Shown here: positions 6,929 through 15,240 of the stretch, piece by piece
How the letters are laid out: the number at the start of each line of letters is the position of its first letter
Numbering within the stretch: the first letter of the stretch is position 1
Source: a bacterium
GTDB lineage: Bacteria > Zhuqueibacterota > Zhuqueibacteria > Oceanimicrobiales > Oceanimicrobiaceae
Length of the DNA: 15,240 bases
Direction of reading: 5' to 3'
NCBI GenBank assembly: GCA_046758365.1
Contig: JBHIAC010000079.1
Location: 1 to 15,240, forward strand
The notes under the pieces: generated by a model
Told to the model about the DNA's origin: nothing
Seen by the model: the letters and a program-made list of their open reading frames with translations, nothing else
Databases searched by the model: none
Program-made: the position numbers and the translations under genes

Positions 6929-8014
6929 ATGTTCTATTATCTATTTTTTCCCCTGCGAGAATATATTTCCGGGTTTAATTTATTCCGATACATCACATTT
7001 CGCTCGGCATGGGCCGCTATTACCGCTCTACTTATCAGTTTTGTTGTAGGTCCATACATAATTAAAAAACTTCGTCAGTATAGGATTGGCGAAGAAATTC
7101 GTATGGATGGCCCCAAAACCCATTTAAAAAAAGCTGGTACCCCCACCATGGGAGGTTTAATTATCCTAACCGCCGTTTTGTTACCTACTCTACTCTGGGC
7201 CAAAGTTGCCAATATTTATGTTCTTTTAATTCTGTTTTCGACCCTCTGGATGGGGTGGGTTGGATTTATAGATGATTATTTAAAAGCGGTAAAAAAGCTC
7301 CCCAAAGGACTGATTGCGAAGTACAAACTCATCGGCCAAATAAGCCTTGGTGCAATAGTAGGGGCTGTTATTTATTTTTCACCGCAATTTGAGGGAATAA
7401 GTACTTTAAGCACCGTACCTTTTTTTAAAAATTATGAAATTGACTTTGGCATCTTTTATATACCGATGGTCATCATTGTCATTACAGCCACCTCCAATGC
7501 CGTAAACTTAACCGATGGCCTTGATGGATTGGCCATTGGTCTCATTGGAATTTCTGCGTTAGCCTGGGCAGCTATCGCCTATATATCAGGTCGAGTTGAT
7601 TTTAGTGATTATTTAAATATCATCTATTTACCGGGTACAGGCGAACTGACGGTTTACTGCGCCGCGTTAGTCGGAGCGGCCCTGGGATTTCTCTGGTATA
7701 ATTCTTATCCGGCTCAGGTGTTTATGGGGGACACGGGCGCCCTTGCGCTTGGCAGCGCCATCGGCACACTGGCCATTTTACTGAAAAAGGAGCTGCTTTT
7801 AATTATCATTGGCGGTGTGTTTGTAGCAGAAAGCCTCTCGGTAATCATCCAGGTTCTGTATTATAAACGCACCAAAAAACGCATTTTTAAAATGGCACCC
7901 CTACATCATCACTTTGAGCTGTTAGGGTGGAATGAGCAAAAAGTAGTGGTTCGTTTCTGGATTATAGCTATTTTGCTAATTTTATTTAGTTTAAGTACTT
8001 TTAAGATTCGATAG
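6929..8014 (+). CDS. mraY: Phospho-MurNAc-pentapeptide transferase MraY
   Basis: KAGTPTMGG, GFIDDY, SNAVNLTDGLDGLA, FMGDTG and MAPLHHHFEL motifs; multiple TM helices. Confidence 0.98.
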   Translation: MFYYLFFPLREYISGFNLFRYITFRSAWAAITALLISFVVGPYIIKKLRQYRIGEEIRMDGPKTHLKKAGTPTMGGLIILTAVLLPTLLWAKVANIYVLLILFSTLWMGWVGFIDDYLKAVKKLPKGLIAKYKLIGQISLGAIVGAVIYFSPQFEGISTLSTVPFFKNYEIDFGIFYIPMVIIVITATSNAVNLTDGLDGLAIGLIGISALAWAAIAYISGRVDFSDYLNIIYLPGTGELTVYCAALVGAALGFLWYNSYPAQVFMGDTGALALGSAIGTLAILLKKELLLIIIGGVFVAESLSVIIQVLYYKRTKKRIFKMAPLHHHFELLGWNEQKVVVRFWIIAILLILFSLSTFKIR

Positions 8015-8103
8015 ATTACATTTCTTAGAATGGGAATTAAATTAATAAGACTGAAGGAAAACAATTTTTGACATTTATTTTTATCTGCCATTGCTGAATA
8101 GAT

Positions 8104-9279
8104 ATGAAAACCAATAATTTAAAATTTGACTCTACCCTATTCTTAGTCGTAGTAATTCTTGTTGTACTTGGAGTCGTCATGGTTTACAGTGCCAGTTCAT
8201 TTAAAGCACAAGAATATCATAAAGATAGTCACCATTTTTTAGAATCCCATATATACAAAGTCGCGATTGGATTTGTACTAATGATTGTAGTCACAAAGTT
8301 AGATTACCAACTTTGGTTAAAGATTTCACCAGCTTTATTGATTTTATCATTTTGTTTTTTAATATATCTTTTAGTTGGCCCCAATGTAACGAAAATTCGA
8401 GGAAGCAAGCGTTGGATATTTATAGTAAATTTCCAATTTCAACCATCCGACTTTGCAAGAATCGCTCTAATATTTTTTCTATCGTCATTTCTGGGTAAAA
8501 AGGATTTTAAGAGTCGAGAAAGTGATAAGGGCTTACTTTTTTATTTATTAATTATTGGATTAATATCCATTCCAATTTTACTTCAGCCGGACGTGGGAAG
8601 TGCGGCGCTCATTATTTTTATTGCGGTGATTCTTCTATTTTTAGCTGGAATAAAGTTTCGGTATCTGTTTTTACTTGGACTTACATCTCTACCAATTTTT
8701 ATATTCTATCTTTTAAAAGACGGATACCAGAAAGAACGATTACTTGAATATTTTGCTTCTCTAAAAGGTGAGAATGTGGTTTGGCAAACACAGCAAGCTC
8801 TAATCGCATTGGGCAATGGCGGTTTATTCGGTCTTGGGCTCGGCGGCGGAAAACAAAAGTACCATTTTTTGCCCGATCCATTTACTGATTTTATTTTTGC
8901 GATCGTTGGAGAAGAACTGGGGCTAATTGGTACAACTACGGTTCTAATTTTGTTTATTGTTTTAATCTGGCGTGGATTTAAAATTGCGTTCATGGCACCC
9001 GACACTCAGGGAAAGCTATTAGCCGTCGGGATTGTGCTAAACATCGCTGTTTATACTTTTACTAACGCTGGTGTGGTTGTGAATCTATTGCCAATTACTG
9101 GAATTCCCATGCCATTTTTATGTTATGGAGGCTCAGCCCTATTAGTCAATCTAATCGGAATTGGGATTCTGTTAAACATATCCACTCAGAATTGGCACAA
9201 ACATCGCCTTTACCCGGTACGGAATTATAAATACCGCCGAAATTATGCAGGCAGATATGGATTCACCCGAAACGATTAA
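8104..9279 (+). CDS. ftsW: SEDS peptidoglycan polymerase FtsW
   Basis: VMVYSAS, RWI..FQPSD, LQPD.G, GGLFGLGLG, LPDPFTDFIFAIVGEELG and PITGIPMPFLCYGG motifs; upstream of murG. Confidence 0.95.
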   Translation: MKTNNLKFDSTLFLVVVILVVLGVVMVYSASSFKAQEYHKDSHHFLESHIYKVAIGFVLMIVVTKLDYQLWLKISPALLILSFCFLIYLLVGPNVTKIRGSKRWIFIVNFQFQPSDFARIALIFFLSSFLGKKDFKSRESDKGLLFYLLIIGLISIPILLQPDVGSAALIIFIAVILLFLAGIKFRYLFLLGLTSLPIFIFYLLKDGYQKERLLEYFASLKGENVVWQTQQALIALGNGGLFGLGLGGGKQKYHFLPDPFTDFIFAIVGEELGLIGTTTVLILFIVLIWRGFKIAFMAPDTQGKLLAVGIVLNIAVYTFTNAGVVVNLLPITGIPMPFLCYGGSALLVNLIGIGILLNISTQNWHKHRLYPVRNYKYRRNYAGRYGFTRND

Positions 9280-10387
9280 AGTAATTATTGCCGGCGGTGG
9301 TACAGGGGGTCACCTTTATCCAGGCATAGCCTTAGCGGAGGAAATTGAAAAGCGCTGGAAAGCAAAAATTTTATTTGTCGGTACAAATTATGGTATTGAA
9401 AATAAAGTATTGCCCAAAACCTTTTATGAATTTAAAAAAATTTGGATGCGAGGGTTTCGAAGGAAAATGAGTCTTAGCAATTTGCTTTTTCCATTAAGAC
9501 TTAATGTGAGCCTGTTCCAATGCGCCATATTAATATTAACCTTCCGACCAAATGTAATTATTGGCACAGGCGGATATGTGAGTGGACCAGCTTTAATGAT
9601 GGGCATCGCTTTTGGTGTCCCAACCGTTATTCAGGAACAAAACAGTTTTCCCGGATTGGTAAATCGCATTCTCGGTAAATGGGTTAAACAGGTGCATGTT
9701 ACTTTTGAAGAATCTCGTCATTATTTTGAAAAGCAGCCAAACATTTTTGTCAGTGGAAATCCGGTGCGGGGAAATCTCAACATGGTAGAACGAGATACAG
9801 CATTAAATAAATTCAACCTACAAAAAAACAAAAGCACCCTTTTCATATTTGGCGGAAGCCAAGGAGCTCATGCCATTAACATGCAGGTCTTAAAAGGTCT
9901 TGAACGGTTGACGGCATATCCTGATTTACAAATTCTATGGGCTACAGGTGCAAGCGATATCCAGGTGGTCTCTTCCAAATGTCAGCGCTTTAAGGACCGA
10001 ATCTGTGTCCACCCATACATCGAAGATATGGCCTCAGCCTACGCGGCCTCTGATATTGTTCTTTGCCGTTCGGGGGCCTCTACCCTCTCAGAGATTACTA
10101 TTTGTGGGCTTGCATCTATTTTGGTACCGTATCCATATTCTACTTCCGGGCATCAAGAATATAATGCAAGAACTATGGAAAAAGCAAACGCGGCAATTGT
10201 GATTTTAGAGGATTCTTTAACTGAAGACGTTTTAATCGAGAAAATATTTGAATTATTAGATAATCCAAATAAAAGAATGGCCATGGCGAAGGCAGCCCGA
10301 CAATTGTCCAAACCCAATGCCGCTAAAGAAATAGTTGATAAAATAGATGAATTAATTAGGCCTTTGGCTTGTACGGATGAGGCATAA
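9245..10387 (+). CDS. murG: Lipid II GlcNAc transferase MurG
   Basis: AGGGTGGH, GTGGYVSGP, QEQN, GNPVR, GGSQGA, RSGAST..E and HQEYNA motifs. Start may instead be the ATG at 9257. Confidence 0.97.
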   Translation: MQADMDSPETIKVIIAGGGTGGHLYPGIALAEEIEKRWKAKILFVGTNYGIENKVLPKTFYEFKKIWMRGFRRKMSLSNLLFPLRLNVSLFQCAILILTFRPNVIIGTGGYVSGPALMMGIAFGVPTVIQEQNSFPGLVNRILGKWVKQVHVTFEESRHYFEKQPNIFVSGNPVRGNLNMVERDTALNKFNLQKNKSTLFIFGGSQGAHAINMQVLKGLERLTAYPDLQILWATGASDIQVVSSKCQRFKDRICVHPYIEDMASAYAASDIVLCRSGASTLSEITICGLASILVPYPYSTSGHQEYNARTMEKANAAIVILEDSLTEDVLIEKIFELLDNPNKRMAMAKAARQLSKPNAAKEIVDKIDELIRPLACTDEA

Positions 10388-10395
10388 TAGATATA

Positions 10396-11301
10396 GTGAA
10401 GAGTTTGTGGAAAGATGAAATTAGAAAAATTTGTAGAGGTGGGGTACTGTTTGATGAACCGCTATCAAAATATACATCTTATCAAATCGGCGGCCCGGCT
10501 GATGTATATGTGATACCAGATGAATTAGAAGATTTAAAAAAATTAGTTCTATTTACTGAAGAACGTGAAATCGCCAGGTTTATTATAGGATTGGGTTCAA
10601 ATATATTAGTTAGCGACCAAGGAATTCGAGGCTTAGTAATTGATTTGCGGAAATGCTCAAGTGAAATTAAACGAGATGAAAATCGAGTCTGGGTTGGTGC
10701 CGGTCGAAAGCTGTGGGATTTCTTAAATTATTTACGAGATGAGGAATTGGTAGGATTTCAGAATTTAATTGGCATTCCGGGGACAGTAGGAGGGGCCATT
10801 AAAATGAATGCTGGCGCCTTTGGAGTAGAGTTGTTTGATAGGGTTCTTTCAGTAGATATTTTAGAACCCACAGGTGAAATTATTCATTTGAAAAAAGAAA
10901 ACATTGATTTTGGTTATCGGCGCGGGATTGTTCCAGGGAAACGCGTGTTTCTTGGAATAGGGGTTGAATTAGAACCTGGAAACAAAAAAGAAATCGCTGA
11001 ACAAATGAAACAAACCTTAACACGAAGAGAGGCCAAACAGCCACTGGAGTATCCTTCGGCAGGAAGTGTGTTTAAACGACCGCCTGGTGATTATGCAGGT
11101 CGGCTGATTGAAGAATCCGGCTGCAAAGGACTACGAGTGGGTAAGGCTCAAGTTTCTGAAAAACACGCAGGTTTTATCATCAATTTAGGCGGTGCGAGGG
11201 CAGAGGACGTAAGAAAATTGATGGACATAGTCCAGGAGCGGGTTCTCAATCAATTTGGCGTACAGCTTAAATGCGAAATTGAAATGATTGGCTTTAATTA
11301 A
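10396..11301 (+). CDS. murB: UDP-N-acetylenolpyruvoylglucosamine reductase MurB
   Basis: IGGPAD, GLGSNILV, GIPGTVGGAIKMNAGAFG, QPLEYPSAGSVFKRP and SEKHAGFIIN motifs; GTG start. Confidence 0.96.
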   Translation: MKSLWKDEIRKICRGGVLFDEPLSKYTSYQIGGPADVYVIPDELEDLKKLVLFTEEREIARFIIGLGSNILVSDQGIRGLVIDLRKCSSEIKRDENRVWVGAGRKLWDFLNYLRDEELVGFQNLIGIPGTVGGAIKMNAGAFGVELFDRVLSVDILEPTGEIIHLKKENIDFGYRRGIVPGKRVFLGIGVELEPGNKKEIAEQMKQTLTRREAKQPLEYPSAGSVFKRPPGDYAGRLIEESGCKGLRVGKAQVSEKHAGFIINLGGARAEDVRKLMDIVQERVLNQFGVQLKCEIEMIGFN

Positions 11302-11318
11302 CTACGGGAGGAAGGGTC

Positions 11319-12107
11319 ATGATGGTTTATTCTAAATACAGAAGAGGCAACAGTAGTAAAAAAGCCAGTATTTTTTCTTTAAGACGGATTGGGATTATAT
11401 TTTTAATTCTCACCACCGCCATTCTTTTGGTTCTGAAAATCACAACCTGGCTTGGTGCTCAGGAGTTGTTTCAGCTAAAAGAAATTAAGATTGAGGGAAC
11501 CCAATTTATTAAGAAAGACGAGCTGCGAAAATATGTTAGAATTGATACTTTGAAAAATATTTTTGACATAGACCTCAGAGCCATAGAAAGACAAGTGAGT
11601 CAACATCCTCTGGTCCAAGAAGTCCAAGTAAGTCGTCGATTGCCTTCCCTCTTGATAATCAAAATTGTTGAAAGAGCACCAATCGCCCTGGTTAACAATA
11701 TTGAGCTGTTTGCCATCGATGAACGTGGGCGCGTGCTGCCAAAGTTCCATCCGGCGATGCTGTGCGATTATCCAATAATTTCCAATATAATGATTAATAA
11801 AGGCTACATCAATAAATCAGAAGAAGTTAAAAAACTATTAATTTTTCTTGAATATTTAAAAAAACATCAGTTTAAACTTTACTGTCGCATTTCTGAAATT
11901 TCAATTTCACAAAATGTGGGTGTGTTTTTTTATTTGACCGATGGGACCGTGCCTGTTTTAATGGGTCTCGAGGACTTAGAAAAAAAAGGCGAAAATTTGA
12001 TGGAAGTTCTGAAACTTTTGGATTCAGAAAAACATGTCCCTCAAATTGAATATTTTGACCTGAGATACGCAGGTCAAGTTATTGTTAAAGAGCGGGCAGC
12101 AAGCTAA
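11319..12107 (+). CDS. ftsQ: Cell division protein FtsQ/DivIB
   Basis: TM helix, POTRA-like segment (FQLKEIKIEG...VSRRLPS..VERAPIA), C-terminal YFDLRY.GQVIVK; upstream of ftsA. Confidence 0.9.
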   Translation: MMVYSKYRRGNSSKKASIFSLRRIGIIFLILTTAILLVLKITTWLGAQELFQLKEIKIEGTQFIKKDELRKYVRIDTLKNIFDIDLRAIERQVSQHPLVQEVQVSRRLPSLLIIKIVERAPIALVNNIELFAIDERGRVLPKFHPAMLCDYPIISNIMINKGYINKSEEVKKLLIFLEYLKKHQFKLYCRISEISISQNVGVFFYLTDGTVPVLMGLEDLEKKGENLMEVLKLLDSEKHVPQIEYFDLRYAGQVIVKERAAS

Positions 12108-12148
12108 TCCATATTGCATCTAAAGTCCAAAGGAGGATGTAGCAAATC

Positions 12149-13399
12149 ATGTCAAACTATATTACTGGATTGGACATTGGTACCACCAAAATAGGTGCTA
12201 TTATAGCTGAAGTAAACGATAATAATGAACCAACAATCGTTGGCGTAGGTACCAGTCCATCAGAAGGATTAAGACGGGGCGTGGTTGTTAATCTAGATAA
12301 AACCATTCGATCTATCCAGGCTGCGGTAGAAGATGCTGAACGCATAGCAGGGATTCAAGTTAAAGAAGTGTTTGCAGGGATTGCCGGAGATCACATCCGC
12401 AGTATCAACGGCCGTGGTGTAGTAGCGGTGGCAGGTTCAGAGAACGAAATCAGTCAGGCTGATATTCGCCGAGTTATCGATGCGGCCAAGGCTGTCGCTC
12501 TTCCCATTGATCGTGAAATTCTTCATATCTTGCCCCAAGAGTTTGTTGTAGATGACCAGCATGGTATTAAAGATCCCATAGGGATGTCTGGGGTGCGTTT
12601 GGAGGCCGAAGTACATATTGTTACAGGGGCTATTACTTCAGCCCAAAATATTTACCGCAGCATAGACCGTGCTGGGATGCAGGTCTTGGATCTGGTCCTT
12701 GAACCACTGGCATCCAGTTATGCTGTTTTAGGAGATGATGAAAAAGAATTGGGAGTCATTGTGATGGACCTTGGTGGCGGCACCACCGATATCGCTATGT
12801 TTTTTGAAGGTTGCATACGCCATACCACGGTAGTAGGTTTGGGCGGGAAAAATGTTACGAATGATTTAGCTCTTGGATTGCGAACACCAGTAGACCAAGC
12901 AGAATTAATCAAAATTCAGTATGGTTGCTCTATCCACCATAATGGCGATCGCGAAGAAACCATTGAAGTACCCGGAGTAGGAGGCCGTCCGCCTCGGCGA
13001 ATCTCTAAGGCGCTTTTGGTAGATATTATCCAACCGCGTATGGAGGAAATCTTCAGCTTGGCTAATAGGGAAATTAAAAAATCAAATTATGTTCATCTTA
13101 TGACGGCGGGCGTTGTTTTAACAGGAGGAGGCTCCTTGCTAGATGGTACCGTGGAACTTGCAGAAGAAATCTTTGATATGCCTGTGAAATTGGGCCTGCC
13201 TTCCGGATTTAACGGTTTGACTGATTTAGCCCAAAATCCAATTCACGCCACCGGGGTTGGATTGGTGCATTATGGAATTAAGCATAAATACGAACTAGAT
13301 GAATTGATTGGCAACAACGAACATGGTTTATTCAATTGGGTGATTGGACGAATGCGTCGGTGGTTTAGTAGTGTTACTCGTTATAATTCTATTAATTAA
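12149..13399 (+). CDS. ftsA: Cell division protein FtsA
   Basis: GLDIGTTK, GMSGVRLEAEVHIVTG, EPLAS, DLGGGTTD and GVVLTGGG motifs; C-terminal amphipathic helix; SD AGGAGG at 12131-12136. Confidence 0.98.
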   Translation: MSNYITGLDIGTTKIGAIIAEVNDNNEPTIVGVGTSPSEGLRRGVVVNLDKTIRSIQAAVEDAERIAGIQVKEVFAGIAGDHIRSINGRGVVAVAGSENEISQADIRRVIDAAKAVALPIDREILHILPQEFVVDDQHGIKDPIGMSGVRLEAEVHIVTGAITSAQNIYRSIDRAGMQVLDLVLEPLASSYAVLGDDEKELGVIVMDLGGGTTDIAMFFEGCIRHTTVVGLGGKNVTNDLALGLRTPVDQAELIKIQYGCSIHHNGDREETIEVPGVGGRPPRRISKALLVDIIQPRMEEIFSLANREIKKSNYVHLMTAGVVLTGGGSLLDGTVELAEEIFDMPVKLGLPSGFNGLTDLAQNPIHATGVGLVHYGIKHKYELDELIGNNEHGLFNWVIGRMRRWFSSVTRYNSIN

Positions 13400-13404
13400 A
13401 TTGT

Positions 13405-13432
13405 ATTGCGGATTGCAGATTGTGGATTGCGG
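13405..13432 (+). repeat. Heptamer array, left arm (ATTGCGG-type, four copies)
   Basis: ATTGCGG ATTGCAG ATTGTGG ATTGCGG; inverted relative to the array at 13801-13828. Confidence 0.85.
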
Positions 13433-13460
13433 ACTAAGGGGAATTTTGATAATTATCTAG

Positions 13461-13659
13461 CTTGCATTATTCATAAATTGATTCAAGAAAGAGGCGTAAT
13501 TAAAAACAAAATAATACCTTAAGTTCTTGAGTGAGTTCGGTACTTAGTTTTTAAGAAGAAAAACAAAATTATTGATGACAAAATAATTAACTTATTAAAT
13601 AACAATCATTTTGTCCTATAATTATTTTGTCTATTACTTCTTTTGATGAATCATTCAGG
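13461..13659. mobile_element. MITE-like non-autonomous element, copy 2 (199 bp)
   Basis: Flanked by CTAG (13457-13460, 13660-13663). Terminal inverted repeats match 11/14 (CTTGCATTATTCAT vs CCTGAATGATTCAT). Seven substitutions relative to copy 1 by manual alignment. Confidence 0.85.
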
Positions 13660-13668
13660 CTAGAAGAA

Positions 13669-13736
13669 ATGAAAAAACGAACTAAAGAATTTGCTAAACA
13701 AATAATACAATTAAAACTGCTAAAAAGAATAGATAA
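13669..13736 (+). pseudogene. Internally deleted four-helix-bundle (23S rRNA IVS-protein-like) gene remnant
   Basis: MKKRTKEFAKQIIQL (13669-13713) resembles the family N-terminal helix, and the overlapping frame IKTAKKNR* (13710-13736) resembles its C-terminus. Flanked by inverted heptamer arrays. Based on recall of the family, not a search. Confidence 0.6.
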
Positions 13737-13800
13737 ACAATATTTGTTGATTTTTAAATCCTATTGTTGATTTAATTAATGTGAAAATAATAAATTAAAT

Positions 13801-13828
13801 CCGCAACCTGATATCCGAAATCCGAAAT
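13801..13828 (-). repeat. Heptamer array, right arm (CCGMAAT-type, four degenerate copies)
   Basis: CCGCAAC CTGATAT CCGAAAT CCGAAAT; the reverse complement of ATTGCGG is CCGCAAT. Confidence 0.75.
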
Positions 13829-13907
13829 AGATATATTTTATATAGGAATTCTCTAAATAAATTTTTAAGAATTATTTGCTCTTAGTACCATAAATAAGGA
13901 GTATATC

Positions 13908-15092
13908 ATGAATCTAAGATTTGCATTTGACGAAAGTAACACACCGACAGCCAAAATGAAGTTGGTAGGTGTAGGTGGAGCAGGCGGCAATGCAATCAAT
14001 CGTATGATAGATACAAAGTTAAATGGAGTCGAATTTATTTCAGTAAATACAGATCTACAGGCACTGGAAATGTGTAAAGCTACCTGTCGTATCCAAATTG
14101 GACGCTCCCTCACTAAAGGCCTTGGGGCAGGCGCAAATCCCGAAATTGGTAGAAAAGCTATCGAAGAAGACAGAGAATCTGTCTTTGATGCTTTACAGGA
14201 TTCCGACATGATTTTTGTAACCGCCGGCATGGGTGGGGGCACAGGAACAGGAGCTGCCCCTATTGTCGCTGAGATCGCCAAGGACTTAGGCGCGCTTACG
14301 GTAGGGATAATTACCAAACCATTTTTGTTTGAGGGACCCAAACGAATGCGACGCGCCGAGGAAGGAATTTTAGAACTTAAAGACCGAGTTGATACCCTTA
14401 TTGTTATTCCTAATCAAAGATTGCTTTCAGTAGTATCAAAAGACACTCCATTGAATGCTGCTTTCAAAATAGCTGATGATGTTCTCCTTCAAGCGACCAA
14501 AGGAATTTCAGATTTGATTGCAATCCCCGGTTTAATTAACTTAGATTTTGCCGATGTGAAAACGGTTATGTCCGAAATGGGAGATGCACTCATGGGTTCT
14601 GGTGTTGCTTCTGGTGAACATCGCGCTATGGAAGCAGCGCAATTAGCCGTTGCCAGTCCCCTGCTTGAAGATGTATCTATTCAAGGTGCTTTAGGAGTTC
14701 TGGTTAACGTAACCGGTGGAGAAAGTATGACTCTCCATGAGGTCAACGATGCAACGTCTGCCATTTTCGAAGCAGCCGGTTCCGAGGCTAACATTATATT
14801 CGGGGCCGTAATCGACAAAGATTTGGATGATGAGGTTCGAGTTACTGTTATCGCTACTGGCTTTAAACGCAACGGGAGATTAAGTTCCCTGACTGGAGTG
14901 CGTCGAAAAATTCTGGAATTTCCTGAAAAACAATTTGTAGATTTTGAAAAACCGACTTTTATACGCATCAATGAAAAATTAAAAAGTTCAGATGATGAAG
15001 AGGAAGGTAAAGAAGAATTAGAGAAAGAGAAAGAGAAAGAGAAAGAGGAGGATTATGATATTCCAACATACTTAAGACGGCTAGTGGATTAA
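13908..15092 (+). CDS. ftsZ: Cell division GTPase FtsZ
   Basis: [23 protein letters not shown], tubulin signature [20 protein letters not shown] and C-terminal [17 protein letters not shown] at 13895-13901. Confidence 0.99.
   Translation: MNLRFAFDESNTPTAKMKLVGVGGAGGNAINRMIDTKLNGVEFISVNTDLQALEMCKATCRIQIGRSLTKGLGAGANPEIGRKAIEEDRESVFDALQDSDMIFVTAGMGGGTGTGAAPIVAEIAKDLGALTVGIITKPFLFEGPKRMRRAEEGILELKDRVDTLIVIPNQRLLSVVSKDTPLNAAFKIADDVLLQATKGISDLIAIPGLINLDFADVKTVMSEMGDALMGSGVASGEHRAMEAAQLAVASPLLEDVSIQGALGVLVNVTGGESMTLHEVNDATSAIFEAAGSEANIIFGAVIDKDLDDEVRVTVIATGFKRNGRLSSLTGVRRKILEFPEKQFVDFEKPTFIRINEKLKSSDDEEEGKEELEKEKEKEKEEDYDIPTYLRRLVD
15021..15044 (+). repeat. (GAGAAA)4 hexamer repeat encoding EKEKEKEK in the FtsZ linker
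   Basis: Four perfect copies read directly from the sequence. Confidence 0.9.
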
Positions 15093-15181
15093 TAGGAAAA
15101 AGCAAGCGTTCAAATACTAAAAAGCATTGAAACGATTGCAATGCTGTAAAAATGATTGCAATTGAGTGCTTCTAAACAACC

Positions 15182-15209
15182 TTGACAACGCGACCACTTT
15201 TAATACATT
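15182..15209 (+). promoter_or_regulatory. Putative promoter for the gene downstream of the window
   Basis: TTGACA 15182-15187, 16-bp spacer, TACATT 15204-15209. Confidence 0.4.
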
Positions 15210-15240
15210 TGGTACAAACTAAGATTTTTTTAACTCGGCC

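Noticed and set aside
8015..8103. Possible murD remnant or internal promoter in the mraY-ftsW gap
   Set aside because: The mini-ORF MGIKLIRLKENNF* has no convincing MurD similarity, and TTGACA at 8068-8073 lacks a properly spaced -10.
9245..9279. 35-bp ftsW/murG overlap
   Set aside because: Overlaps are usual at this junction, and the true murG start may be 9257.
11302..11318. Absence of ddl between murB and ftsQ
   Set aside because: ddl is located outside the dcw cluster in many lineages, so its absence here is not informative by itself.
13865..14341. 158-aa antisense ORF over the ftsZ 5' half
   Set aside because: Antisense open frames are common opposite conserved Gly/Ala-rich genes; no independent evidence.

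Overview
AT-rich bacterial division and cell wall (dcw) cluster, all on the + strand: mraZ, mraZ, rsmH, ftsL, ftsI, murF, mraY, ftsW, murG, murB, ftsQ, ftsA, ftsZ. It departs from the usual cluster in four ways. (1) murE, murD and murC, the three ligases that build the stem tripeptide, are each missing from their normal slots, while murF, mraY, murG and murB remain intact. (2) mraZ is present as two intact tandem paralogs, about 53% identical by my count. Each has its own promoter and a different 10-bp-periodic operator array, and a remnant of the rsmH 5' end marks the duplication. (3) A roughly 200-bp non-autonomous element with imperfect terminal inverted repeats and 4-bp target duplications (TTAA, CTAG) occurs twice. 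(4) The intergenic regions carry heptamer arrays, and between ftsA and ftsZ lies what looks like an internally deleted four-helix-bundle gene flanked by inverted heptamer arrays. Gene calls rest on motif recognition and gene order only; no searches were run.
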